From a virus (taxonomy: Duplodnaviria; Caudoviricetes), in IMG/VR virus record IMGVR_UViG_3300021400_000885, positions 1-64,000 of that record: 64,000 nucleotides of DNA; one strand, 5' to 3'. Below the pieces are notes generated by a model, which worked only from the letters and a program-made list of their open reading frames with translations, had not been told where the DNA came from and did not search any database. The translations under genes were made by a program, and so were the position numbers. Position 1 is the first letter of the stretch. Each line of letters starts with the position of its first letter. Below, piece after piece: positions 9,934-17,713 of this stretch.

Positions 9934-10224
9934 TTATTCCTCCTCTTGCTGAGCAGGTACTGTCATCAAGGACTTGAATTCCTCAGCTTTATCAGCTACA
10001 AAATCTTTGGAAAATACTTCTTCACTTCTTTCCCAAGTAATAACTCTCCAAAGCCATTCAAGTCTTGTAAAGAATTCAGACCTTTGATACATTTGAATCT
10101 GGTCAGAAGCTTGCTTAAGTCTGTTCTTAAGCATTTCATTCTCACTACTAAGATAGGCTACATGTTTTGCAATTTCAGTGGAATCCTGTTTTACAGAATC
10201 ATTTTTTACAACTTCCTTTGCCAT
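9934..10224 (-). CDS. Hypothetical coiled-coil protein
   Basis: ORF packed in operon. Confidence 0.6.
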   Translation of the reverse strand: MAKEVVKNDSVKQDSTEIAKHVAYLSSENEMLKNRLKQASDQIQMYQRSEFFTRLEWLWRVITWERSEEVFSKDFVADKAEEFKSLMTVPAQQEEE

Positions 10225-10235
10225 AATAAAATACT

Positions 10236-10424
10236 CTAATGTTTTGAACTGTGTAATTCTTTATATAACTTCTCCCATACTGTAATGTGTGCTTGTTTTA
10301 TGTCTGTGCTTCCACAATCAGGGCAATAATCCCCAGTTGTTTCATCTGTAAGAATCCTTAAAGATAAACACTTTGCACAGTAATATACAGGCTCATCATT
10401 ATAATTTTCAGTATTATTTGTCAT
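10236..10424 (-). CDS. Zinc-ribbon protein
   Basis: CAKC...CPDCGS. Confidence 0.65.
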   Translation of the reverse strand: MTNNTENYNDEPVYYCAKCLSLRILTDETTGDYCPDCGSTDIKQAHITVWEKLYKELHSSKH

Positions 10425-10541
10425 ATATTACTTTGTATTCATTTTTTACCCATACAATAGCAATAATATCTTTCTTTGTTAGTCCTTTTTCTTGTGCCTT
10501 TTTTACTAATTCATTAGAATCATTAGCACCAAATTCCTGTA

Positions 10542-11051
10542 TCATTTCTTTACTCTTTTAGCAGTCTTTTTCTTTGGAGCTGCTTTAGGTTCAACTGTAG
10601 GTTCAACAACTTCTTCAACAGTAACTTCTTCAGGCTCTTCAATAACTTCCTCAGTATCAAGAACTTCAGGAGTTTCATCTGCTGGAATCTCAACAACTAC
10701 AGTTTCCTTTGCAGCCTCAAGCTCTTTTCTAAGAGACTCTATAGTAGAATTAAGAACCTTACAATTATGCTCAAGATTAGCATTATCATTCAGAAGACTG
10801 GATTTCTCAGATACAAGTTTAGTGTATTCCTTCTTCCAGAATTCCATAGAATCTTCTCCCTTCTCAATAGCTTCATTTTTGTTAGTATAAGAGATAAACA
10901 AAAATCCCTCAGCAAGGAGAAGGATAGCACCAATAACCCATGCAAAAGCATTTGGAGGAAGAACTGCAAGAGCAATAACTGCTAAAGCAAAAAGAACAAA
11001 GCATACCCAAAGTAATACAGGGCTTTTCTTTTGAGTTTTTGTGGATTCCAT
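10542..11051 (-). CDS. Membrane protein with coiled coil and acidic tail
   Basis: Two N-terminal TM segments, coiled coil, E/V-rich tail; own TACTTTTG promoter element at 11089-11096. Confidence 0.6.
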   Translation of the reverse strand: MESTKTQKKSPVLLWVCFVLFALAVIALAVLPPNAFAWVIGAILLLAEGFLFISYTNKNEAIEKGEDSMEFWKKEYTKLVSEKSSLLNDNANLEHNCKVLNSTIESLRKELEAAKETVVVEIPADETPEVLDTEEVIEEPEEVTVEEVVEPTVEPKAAPKKKTAKRVKK

Positions 11052-11134
11052 TTGTAGTAAAAATTATGAATTAAACAATGATGACGAGCAAAAGTAAGTA
11101 TTTTTATAATCAAATCAAAATAAAATATTAATTT

Positions 11135-12070
11135 TTAGAATTTGATTCCTCCAAATGCGTGTTTAAACTTTGTAGCTGCTTTTGCAAAGGCTGCTTTCTT
11201 TCTCATTGCAGTGGAAAAGGCATCTGGATGGGCAGATACATAAGATGCAAATTCCTGCACTCCCATATTATGTTTAGTAGCTGCTGCAGTAAATGTTCCT
11301 TTCTTTGATGGGTCAATATGAATAGAGCCTCCATGTGCTCTTGAACCTCCTCCAAAAGGACCTTGAAAGTACATTCCTAGTGGAAGCATATTGGCTATAT
11401 GATTTGATTGTACTGGTGCTTGTGGAATTCCCTGCTTGAAAAGGTTTCTTTCATAGTCCCTTCTTATTCTCAGTCCTGGATTTTTCTTATCATTGTATCC
11501 AGCATCCATATTAAGTATTACATTCTCCCAGTCTTTATTAGCTAAAGCTTCCTGAAGTTTTGGATGCTTGTTTCTATATGATGTTTCTCCTACATTATAA
11601 TGATAGGATAGTAATGCATCCCTTTGATTTTGTGATAAAGAATTCCAGTTTGGAGTATCTTTAGCAAGAATAGCAACTCTTTTAGCCAAGGAGTCTGCAA
11701 AGTATTTATCTGCTTGAGCTCTTGTTATTCCATTTGGAAAAAGCCTTTTAGCTTCTGGTCCAGTAAACCCATATCCAATTGTAGGTATACCATTGCCATC
11801 AAGATACCAATTAGGTCTAAATGCTTCAGTGTCTTTTATATACTTAATAATATCTTCACTTGGAGTGTATGTGTCTTTACTACCTCCATTAGCATAAGTA
11901 TATGAGACAGGTCTTCCAAAAGTATCAGTTGCTTCCTCAAGGGAAGTGTTAAAGTCAGCAAGCTGTGAGTCATATATATTCTTCATATCAGAAAGAGAAG
12001 TCACTCCGTTTCTCCTCATGATATTCATAAGCTGTGACTTTTGTGCAATTGTGAGATTATTCCAAGACAT
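11135..12070 (-). CDS. GH24 lysozyme fused to crAss-type small domains (likely virion cargo)
   Basis: TEAFRPNWYLDGNGIPTIGYG (E-x8-D-x5-T triad), DALLSYHYNVG, GLRIRR; C-terminal IHIDPSKKGTFT domain; TATATTTG element at 12091-12098. Confidence 0.85.
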   Translation of the reverse strand: MSWNNLTIAQKSQLMNIMRRNGVTSLSDMKNIYDSQLADFNTSLEEATDTFGRPVSYTYANGGSKDTYTPSEDIIKYIKDTEAFRPNWYLDGNGIPTIGYGFTGPEAKRLFPNGITRAQADKYFADSLAKRVAILAKDTPNWNSLSQNQRDALLSYHYNVGETSYRNKHPKLQEALANKDWENVILNMDAGYNDKKNPGLRIRRDYERNLFKQGIPQAPVQSNHIANMLPLGMYFQGPFGGGSRAHGGSIHIDPSKKGTFTAAATKHNMGVQEFASYVSAHPDAFSTAMRKKAAFAKAATKFKHAFGGIKF

Positions 12071-12115
12071 AATTGTGTGATTTATTGGCACAAATATACA
12101 CAATTATATAATATT

Positions 12116-12218
12116 AAAAAAGCAGGTGAGTTTCACAACTAACCTGCTTGCCACACTAATAATCATCAAAAACCTACATGTCAGAAAAGAATCTTTTGTT
12201 CGGCTTTTTCCGTAACAC
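12116..12218 (-). ncRNA. Candidate antisense small RNA (promoter - anti-start-codon segment - UGUGAA hairpin/terminator)
   Basis: TATATTTG at 12224-12231; body complementary to aataatcatcaaaaacctacATGTCAGAAAAG; 3' hairpin 12120-12149 with UGUGAA loop followed by a U-run. Confidence 0.6.
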
Positions 12219-12247
12219 CCATGCAAATATAGAGATAAATTTTTATA

Positions 12248-12335
12248 AAACAAAATAAGCACACTTCACAGCGTGCTTATTTCTAAAATCTTTAGCCCTC
12301 TCATTTCTATGAGAACACTTCAGTGCTATGGAAAA
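12248..12335 (-). ncRNA. Candidate antisense small RNA (same architecture)
   Basis: TATATTTG at 12341-12348; body complementary to ...tttctATGAGAACACTTCAG; 3' hairpin 12253-12282 with UGUGAA loop and U-rich tail. Confidence 0.6.
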
Positions 12336-12355
12336 CACTACAAATATAGTAATTA

Positions 12356-12826
12356 TTATTTAGAATACACAGCTTCAAATGTAACTTTTAACTCTTTTCT
12401 CTTCTCCTTATCTCCTTTCCAGAGCATTTCTGGGTTAATTAAAAAGTCTCCTTGAGATTCAACTTTTTCTCCATTTCTATTTGTATAGTACACTTTTGAA
12501 AGAACTTTTGCATCAACGAGTTGATTAATAGCATTATAGAATCCTGCTCTTGATATGCCAAGCTTTTCTATAATTTCTGCTCTTTTCCCCATAGATATAG
12601 ACACTTTTCCAGTATTGACATATGTCTCTTCCATTAAAGCGTGTAGTACTTTTATAGGGATTACTCCTTTTATATTATACATCCACTGCACATAGTTTAT
12701 AAACACAAAGTAGAAATTCTCATTATCAGAATTGTGTTTAAACACTTTTCTAATAGTGGTAACTCTGTCATTACCAAACTCATCTTTTACAGTAGTTTCT
12801 ACTGATTCTACATAACCTTTTGACAT
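12356..12826 (-). CDS. RepL-like winged-HTH protein
   Basis: LGISRAGFYNAINQL HTH and FLINPEMLWKG motif typical of RepL-like proteins; TATATTTG element at 12861-12868. Confidence 0.7.
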   Translation of the reverse strand: MSKGYVESVETTVKDEFGNDRVTTIRKVFKHNSDNENFYFVFINYVQWMYNIKGVIPIKVLHALMEETYVNTGKVSISMGKRAEIIEKLGISRAGFYNAINQLVDAKVLSKVYYTNRNGEKVESQGDFLINPEMLWKGDKEKRKELKVTFEAVYSK

Positions 12827-12908
12827 AATTATTCTAGTTTAAATATTGATTTGTCTTTTACAAATATACAAAAAATTCTTTAATATCTAAACAGAATGTT
12901 AAACGATA

Positions 12909-12967
12909 TTAGACTATGAGTCTAGTGTACTAGACTCCCAATCCAGTGTACTGGACACCCAGTCTAA
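12909..12967. promoter_or_regulatory. Tandem palindromic operator/iteron-like sites
   Basis: gagtctagt-gt-actagactc (12918-12937) and tccagt-gt-actgga (12942-12955), centres 21 bp apart, flanked by ttagact/agtctaa. Confidence 0.55.
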
Positions 12968-13069
12968 AGTTCAATGTTTTAGAATCTTTGTAGCTTATTG
13001 ATATATGTATAGTTATGGATAAACCTTAAAAAGCTTCCTTATCTTATCTAGTAATAGTTTTACCCACAA

Positions 13070-13250
13070 TAAATTTTTTGAAATTTTTTTGAGTTAGGGA
13101 AAGGAGAAATTTTTTTTTTAAAATTATTTGTGGGAGGGGGGACATAAAATAAAATTTATTTTTTTTTTGATTTGGGAGAGCAGGACATAATACACCCAAC
13201 ACCCCGGAGGGTGTAACCCCGTTGGGGTTATCCCCCCGTGTTGTTTGGTG
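13070..13250. other. Strand-switch region; candidate genome terminus/origin
   Basis: T-tracts followed by repeated tggga..ggacataa, GC-rich hairpins (taacccc-gtt-ggggtta); lies between the divergent late and early arms. Confidence 0.4.
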
Positions 13251-13462
13251 TTTGCCCTGTTCACTCTCTTTTGTCAGACTTTGGAATGAGAAGAGTAGAA
13301 CTCTTTGAAATGTTCTGGAAAGGTGCAGCGAGATGCAGTGCCCTCAATACATGAAGAAGTATTGTGACAAGTACGAACAGAGTAGGAGTGTTTGAAACCC
13401 TCAAACCATTCAGCATGGTGCTGACAGCCTGACCAGCTGTGAATTGGTCTGAGTATAGAATT

Positions 13463-13789
13463 ATGGCAGCAACAATGTCCAACAATTCTTCTTTCACTGG
13501 CAAGTTCATCAACAATGAGCGTCCTGCAATCACCTTTTTCTTTGCCCAGCATGGTGGGCACAGTGGCTCCCGCAAGGTAGTTACAAGTGATGGGGAAACT
13601 CGCATCATGTTCTCTTGCATGGATGGCACCGCTGTCTGGGCAAGTGAGAAAGCCACGGAGAAACTCCTCAACAAGACCCGTCCTGCAAAGGAACTTGTTG
13701 TTGGTGAGTGGCGCGATGATGAAACTGGAAAGACTGGGTTCACCGCTTATTATGAGGGTGGTGAGGAGATTGAAATCTCCTTTGAATAA
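13463..13789 (+). CDS. First early gene, hypothetical protein
   Basis: GC-richer ORF followed by a strong terminator; start taken at MAATM. Confidence 0.65.
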   Translation: MAATMSNNSSFTGKFINNERPAITFFFAQHGGHSGSRKVVTSDGETRIMFSCMDGTAVWASEKATEKLLNKTRPAKELVVGEWRDDETGKTGFTAYYEGGEEIEISFE

Positions 13790-13800
13790 GCCCTTGAAAG

Positions 13801-13833
13801 GACTCCTGATAGTGTTATCAGGAGTCTTTTTTT
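13801..13833 (+). terminator. Intrinsic terminator
   Basis: gactcctgata-gtgt-tatcaggagtc followed by a T-run. Confidence 0.8.
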
Positions 13834-14178
13834 AAGGCGAAATTTGGCTGTGAAATTGGGGAGCAAAAGTGTTGTAAGTATTTAATTTTCAACACTTTAA
13901 ATGTGCCAAAACAGGGCACAATGAACGCTCCCAATTTCACGCCAATTTCAACAAAAACCCAATTTCCGCTCCCCAACAAAAATGTAGCGGTTTTTTGGAT
14001 TCCTCAAAACACCTTGCCACATGGAATGGTACAAAGTAACACTACAAAACTTAGTGTCTTTAGAGACCTTTTCAACCAAAATTTTGGCACCAAATGCCAT
14101 CATAGCACTAAATTATGCCGAAGAAAAGTACAATAATACCGATTATTTGGCAATTCAAGCAGAAATCATAAACACTTA

Positions 14179-14526
14179 AACCTTTAGGCAGTATGAATGC
14201 GAAACAACAAGCCTTAAGAGACATGCGAAAAGCAGGGTTATCCACATCATTCTTCTATTATGAAGAAGCAATTTGTGGGAGAAGAGTGTGGGATGGGAGA
14301 TGCATGAATGGGGGCAAAAGAGCCAAAAAGAGTAACTAATCCTCTTAAATTGATTAGTAGGAACACCTATCCTTGGGGAAACCCTAAAATAAGGCGTGGT
14401 GAAGCACACGTTATAACGCAGGGCAATCAGCATTCCTACCATAAGCTGATACTCATAGTGGTCTGGATTACCAGCATTGGAGTATAAATTTCAACTACTG
14501 CTTGGGCAACCAAGTTTCAAAAGGTT
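14179..14526 (+). ncRNA. Candidate ~350-nt structured RNA
   Basis: End-closing helices aaccttt/aaaggtt, ggcagta/tactgct, gaatgc/gcattc; GNRA hairpins ggg-gaaa-ccc and cttgg-gcaa-ccaag; no plus-strand ORF. Confidence 0.55.
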
Positions 14527-14654
14527 CTTTTCGTCCTTTTCTTACACAAGTAAAAGGGCTTTTATATATCTATCACTCTCAGTAGTATAAATAGTGAGAG
14601 AAGGTTCAGCTACGAATACTAAGTAATAAAATTATAGAGCATTTATTGATGAAC

Positions 14655-14716
14655 TTTATATGTCTTGTTCATCTTTTTCACTTTAGTTCTGATGTGAATC
14701 ACAACTAAAGATTTTT
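14655..14716 (+). ncRNA. Candidate antisense small RNA with UGUGAA hairpin
   Basis: tgtcttgttCATctttttca (antisense to tgaaaaagATGAACAAGACA), then hairpin 14681-14710 with TGTGAA loop and T-run. Confidence 0.45.
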
Positions 14717-14740
14717 ATAAAATAGCACTTACATTATAGT

Positions 14741-14929
14741 ATGATTTCTGTTGATATTCTTCGCATCATAGAATTAGAAGAAGATGCTGAGTGTGGGCTT
14801 GAGGAGCTTTATACTCAATGGAGAGAAGAAGAACTTGCTTGTGAAAGAGATTTTTATAAGTGGTGGGACAATTGTGGTAAGTTCATCATTTCTGGAATAG
14901 CAGAGACTATTCAACAAAGAGTAAAATAA
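14741..14929 (+). CDS. Hypothetical acidic protein
   Basis: 62-aa ORF with AT-rich leader. Confidence 0.5.
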   Translation: MISVDILRIIELEEDAECGLEELYTQWREEELACERDFYKWWDNCGKFIISGIAETIQQRVK

Positions 14930-14946
14930 AATTACTCTTTTTTAAA

Positions 14947-15466
14947 CTCCTAATTACAACAAACCTTTACGTGGTTTAGGAGATAAGTATCCTTCGGGAG
15001 AAACTAATTGTTGTACGGCAGGCTTCTTGTCGTTAGGATAAACCAGCAATGGGATAAAGTGACTGTCTCTCAACAGGGAGATAGTTGCGCTATTTGATTT
15101 CATCAAGTAGTCTGTAAGAAAGCCAGATTATGCAAAGCAGTTCATGGTGTATCATCGGGCAGATGAGATAGTGAATTGCGGAGGGCTTGACCAGCTCTCC
15201 TTGAGGAGTAATCCTGACAAACATAACTGCTTAAGGACCAAAAAGGATTAGCCATCCATATAGTTCTTATGATGAAAGCTTTTAGACCTATGTCTTGGCG
15301 GACACAATTGAATTAGCCATTCAATTGATATCAGAAATGGTAGGTTTGTATAGTTAGTAAAGTGAAAGTCTTGGCGGATAAGTAGCATAACCGTGTTGAT
15401 GGGTAAACTCCTCAAAAGGGAGCATTCCATTCAAGCACAACCACACGGTTAGTCAGGTCATCTGTT
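14947..15466 (+). ncRNA. Candidate large ornate RNA (~520 nt; ROOL/GOLLD-like class)
   Basis: 5' pseudoknot (tacaacaa/ttgttgta), C(UUCG)G and GNRA loops, many helices, two gtc-ttggcg-ga hairpins; no ORF. Confidence 0.65.
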
Positions 15467-15509
15467 ATTTTAATTTATTATTCATGATGTATAATTTATT
15501 AATTTAGCA

Positions 15510-15830
15510 AAGAGTGTTGTGCACACTTGATAACAACAGAGTTATCCTTCTGTAATATGGAGGCATCATGCGCTCGCAAGGCAATTGATGAAGTGAAACA
15601 AGTATCCAAGTTCTAACTGGGGGCACCCAGCTAACCCGCAAGGAGTTCTGGAGAAAGGAGTATCTTATATAATCAAGTGTAGGAGTTGCGGAACTTGTTA
15701 ATCCGTCTCTGTGTTGCCTACCCCAAAAGGGTGTGTTCTAGTCAGGTAAACTGGTGAAAATGGCAATTATATGGGTCATGACTCAGCCCATATGCAAATT
15801 CTGAACGAAGTGAAATTTTTTCAGAGTTCA
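15510..15830 (+). ncRNA. Candidate ~300-nt structured RNA
   Basis: acacttgat/atcaagtgt long-range helix, crossing acagag/ctctgt pairing, GCAA/GUAA loops; no ORF. Confidence 0.55.
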
Positions 15831-15834
15831 AATT

Positions 15835-15918
15835 TACAACATTGTTTCGCAAAGCATATTGTTTATTTGTTTATGGTTAGGTAAATGGAGTAACTATTAT
15901 AGCTCCATTTACCTTTTA
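15835..15918 (+). ncRNA. Candidate antisense small RNA ending in a terminator
   Basis: aagCATattgtttatttgtttatgg followed by the 12-bp stem aggtaaatggag/ctccatttacct and Ts. Confidence 0.45.
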
Positions 15919-15950
15919 CTTAAAAAGAAATCAATTAAAACAGCCCTGAT

Positions 15951-16301
15951 ATGAAAAGATTTATTATTTCACTCCTTTGTGGAGTCATCTGTGTTCTTAG
16001 TGGTGCTAAGGACAGTCCTTGGAAAGAAATCCAAACAGTTATTCTTCCTCAAAGTGTAACTATCTATGAAGGTGTTACACGTTCTGGAAATGCTAAATAC
16101 TGGATTGAAATTGAGAACATCAAAGTCTCAGTTGCCCCTACAAATGTAGCTAAATTTCAAAGGGGAGAAACTAAGCTAGAGCTTGTAAAATGGCAGAATA
16201 TGGAAACTAAAAAGTTTAAATATTCTACAAGGCAGGTAAAAAGCTCAGGTTCATCCACAAGGAAAGAGGAAAAGAATATTGACTTGACCAGCCTCTTTTG
16301 A
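15951..16301 (+). CDS. Secreted/periplasmic hypothetical protein
   Basis: Signal peptide MKRFIISLLCGVICVLSGA; terminator at 16332-16367. Confidence 0.6.
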   Translation: MKRFIISLLCGVICVLSGAKDSPWKEIQTVILPQSVTIYEGVTRSGNAKYWIEIENIKVSVAPTNVAKFQRGETKLELVKWQNMETKKFKYSTRQVKSSGSSTRKEEKNIDLTSLF

Positions 16302-16381
16302 TAATGCTGCCTTAAATATTTATGCTAACACGAATCAGGATAGTCTTTTTGTCCTGATTCTTTTTTACAGTTGATTTACAT

Positions 16382-16792
16382 ATGGGGAATTTTGAATATT
16401 ATGGAGTATTTGTTGATAGGTCAACCAGAGAGAAAATACTCAAGCTTGTACAAGATAAAATACCTGAAGGATGGATTGCTTATGCAGAACACATAACTAT
16501 GTTGCATAGAACCCATAAAAATCATTATATTGAGAAATACTTAGCTGCTTTCCTTGGGGAGAGAATGTTCTTTAAGATTATTGGATGGGGAATAAGTGAC
16601 AGAGCTTTTGCTGTTATTACTGATTGTCCTAGTGAAAATAAAGTATCACACATGACAATTGCAGTTGCTCCAGGTGCAAAACCTGTTGAGTCTAACAATA
16701 TTACAGATTGGCACTATGAGCAAATAGGTGATATTTTTCACGGTTATCTTAGTGTACAACCTCATGTAAAGTATAAAAATTATGAGAAATAA
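16382..16792 (+). CDS. 2H phosphoesterase family protein
   Basis: Two HxT motifs (HITM, HMTI), KPVESN; adjacent to the tRNA cluster. Confidence 0.7.
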   Translation: MGNFEYYGVFVDRSTREKILKLVQDKIPEGWIAYAEHITMLHRTHKNHYIEKYLAAFLGERMFFKIIGWGISDRAFAVITDCPSENKVSHMTIAVAPGAKPVESNNITDWHYEQIGDIFHGYLSVQPHVKYKNYEK

Positions 16793-16817
16793 GTAGTACA
16801 ATTTAACTTATTTTATC

Positions 16818-16825
16818 TATATTTG
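16818..16825 (+). promoter_or_regulatory. Bacteroidetes -7 promoter element for the tRNA/sRNA cluster
   Basis: TATATTTG ending 4 nt before the 16830 stem. Confidence 0.6.
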
Positions 16826-16829
16826 CATA

Positions 16830-16915
16830 GCCCCAATTACAGAGTTTCTGTCAATAATTACGTAGTTAGAAGGCCATAAGAATAAGTTAATGTATTTCAA
16901 TCAAGTAATTGGGGC
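16830..16915 (+). ncRNA. Candidate panhandle antisense RNA
   Basis: 11-bp stem gccccaattac/gtaattggggc enclosing ggcCATaagaataagttaatg; ends 5 nt before tRNA-Gln. Confidence 0.55.
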
Positions 16916-16920
16916 ATTAT

Positions 16921-16992
16921 TGAGGTATGGTGTAATTGGCAACACTAGGGATTTTGGTTCCCTCATTTGAGGTTCGAGTCCTCATACCTCAA
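16921..16992 (+). tRNA. tRNA-Gln(TTG)
   Basis: Cloverleaf; anticodon arm aggga-ttTTGgt-tccct; GGTTCGAGTCC T-arm. Confidence 0.92.
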
Positions 16993-17006
16993 CAACATTA
17001 ACTTTG

Positions 17007-17060
17007 GGGATACTCAAATTATGTTAAACATGATACTGAATAAAACCATTTGGGTATCCC
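17007..17060 (+). ncRNA. Candidate panhandle antisense RNA
   Basis: gggatactcaaat/atttgggtatccc stem enclosing aaaCATgatactgaataaaacc. Confidence 0.45.
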
Positions 17061-17097
17061 TTTAATTAGAACATTAACTATTTAAACACATAAAGCC

Positions 17098-17259
17098 ATG
17101 CTAACAATCAAAATGAAACAAGGAACAACACTCCTAGCTGCATCTTCCACTCTTGAGGAAGTACAGAGAAAAGCACTGAGTTATCAGTGCAAGAATGCTA
17201 AACAACCTTATGTTAGAAAAGACATATTTATTTCAATAAACGGAAAAGAATCATTTTAA
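17098..17259 (+). CDS. Small hypothetical protein (53 aa)
   Basis: MLTIKMKQG... ORF with A-rich leader; below the ORF-track cutoff. Confidence 0.5.
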   Translation: MLTIKMKQGTTLLAASSTLEEVQRKALSYQCKNAKQPYVRKDIFISINGKESF

Positions 17260-17260
17260 T

Positions 17261-17557
17261 ATGGATGCAATATTTATCATATTTTGCTATGCTTTTATGT
17301 TTGCTTGCTTGGCAATTCCAATATACAAACTCATAGACAGACGTAACAAGCAAAAGCAAATTGAAGAATCTTCAAAAGAGATAATCAAGACCACTTACAT
17401 ATACACAGATGGGAAATGTGAATATGAGCTTTATCTTAAACCTGCATCAAAAGCAGTATTTTATGTAAGAAATAAAGTAAGTAATGGCTATTCCTACAAA
17501 GTGTATATTCAAGGAGACCTAAAGAATACAGTCTTAAAAGCTTATGGACTGATATAA
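17261..17557 (+). CDS. Membrane-anchored hypothetical protein
   Basis: N-terminal TM segment. Confidence 0.55.
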   Translation: MDAIFIIFCYAFMFACLAIPIYKLIDRRNKQKQIEESSKEIIKTTYIYTDGKCEYELYLKPASKAVFYVRNKVSNGYSYKVYIQGDLKNTVLKAYGLI

Positions 17558-17564
17558 TAATCCT

Positions 17565-17639
17565 GCCCTCCTAGTATAAAGGTTATTACAGATGATTTGT
17601 AATCTTCAAATAGCTGTTCAACTCAGCTGGGGGGCTCCA
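17565..17639 (+). tRNA. tRNA-Thr(TGT)
   Basis: Cloverleaf; anticodon loop ttTGTaa; encoded CCA. Confidence 0.85.
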
Positions 17640-17709
17640 AGCAGTTTAAATGGATATAATAAAGGTTGTTTATGTTTATTTTTCGTTTCAGGGCACATTT
17701 AAACTGCTT
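17639..17709 (+). ncRNA. Panhandle RNA filling the Thr-Ile spacer
   Basis: Perfect 14-bp stem aagcagtttaaatg/catttaaactgctt enclosing a U-rich loop (no CAT). Confidence 0.5.
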
Positions 17710-17713
17710 ATTT

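Noticed and set aside
13261-13743. Minus-strand ORFs of 160 and 95 aa
   Set aside because: Shadows of the GC-richer plus-strand gene 13463-13789, which has its own terminator
14179-14526. tmRNA or RNase P RNA
   Set aside because: No tRNA-Ala-like ends or tag ORF; no GAGGAAAGUCC/P4 signature
13903-15430. ORF-track calls 13903-14136(+), 14176-14442(-) and 15248-15430(-)
   Set aside because: Atypical composition, no A-rich leaders, and they overlap strongly structured non-coding sequence
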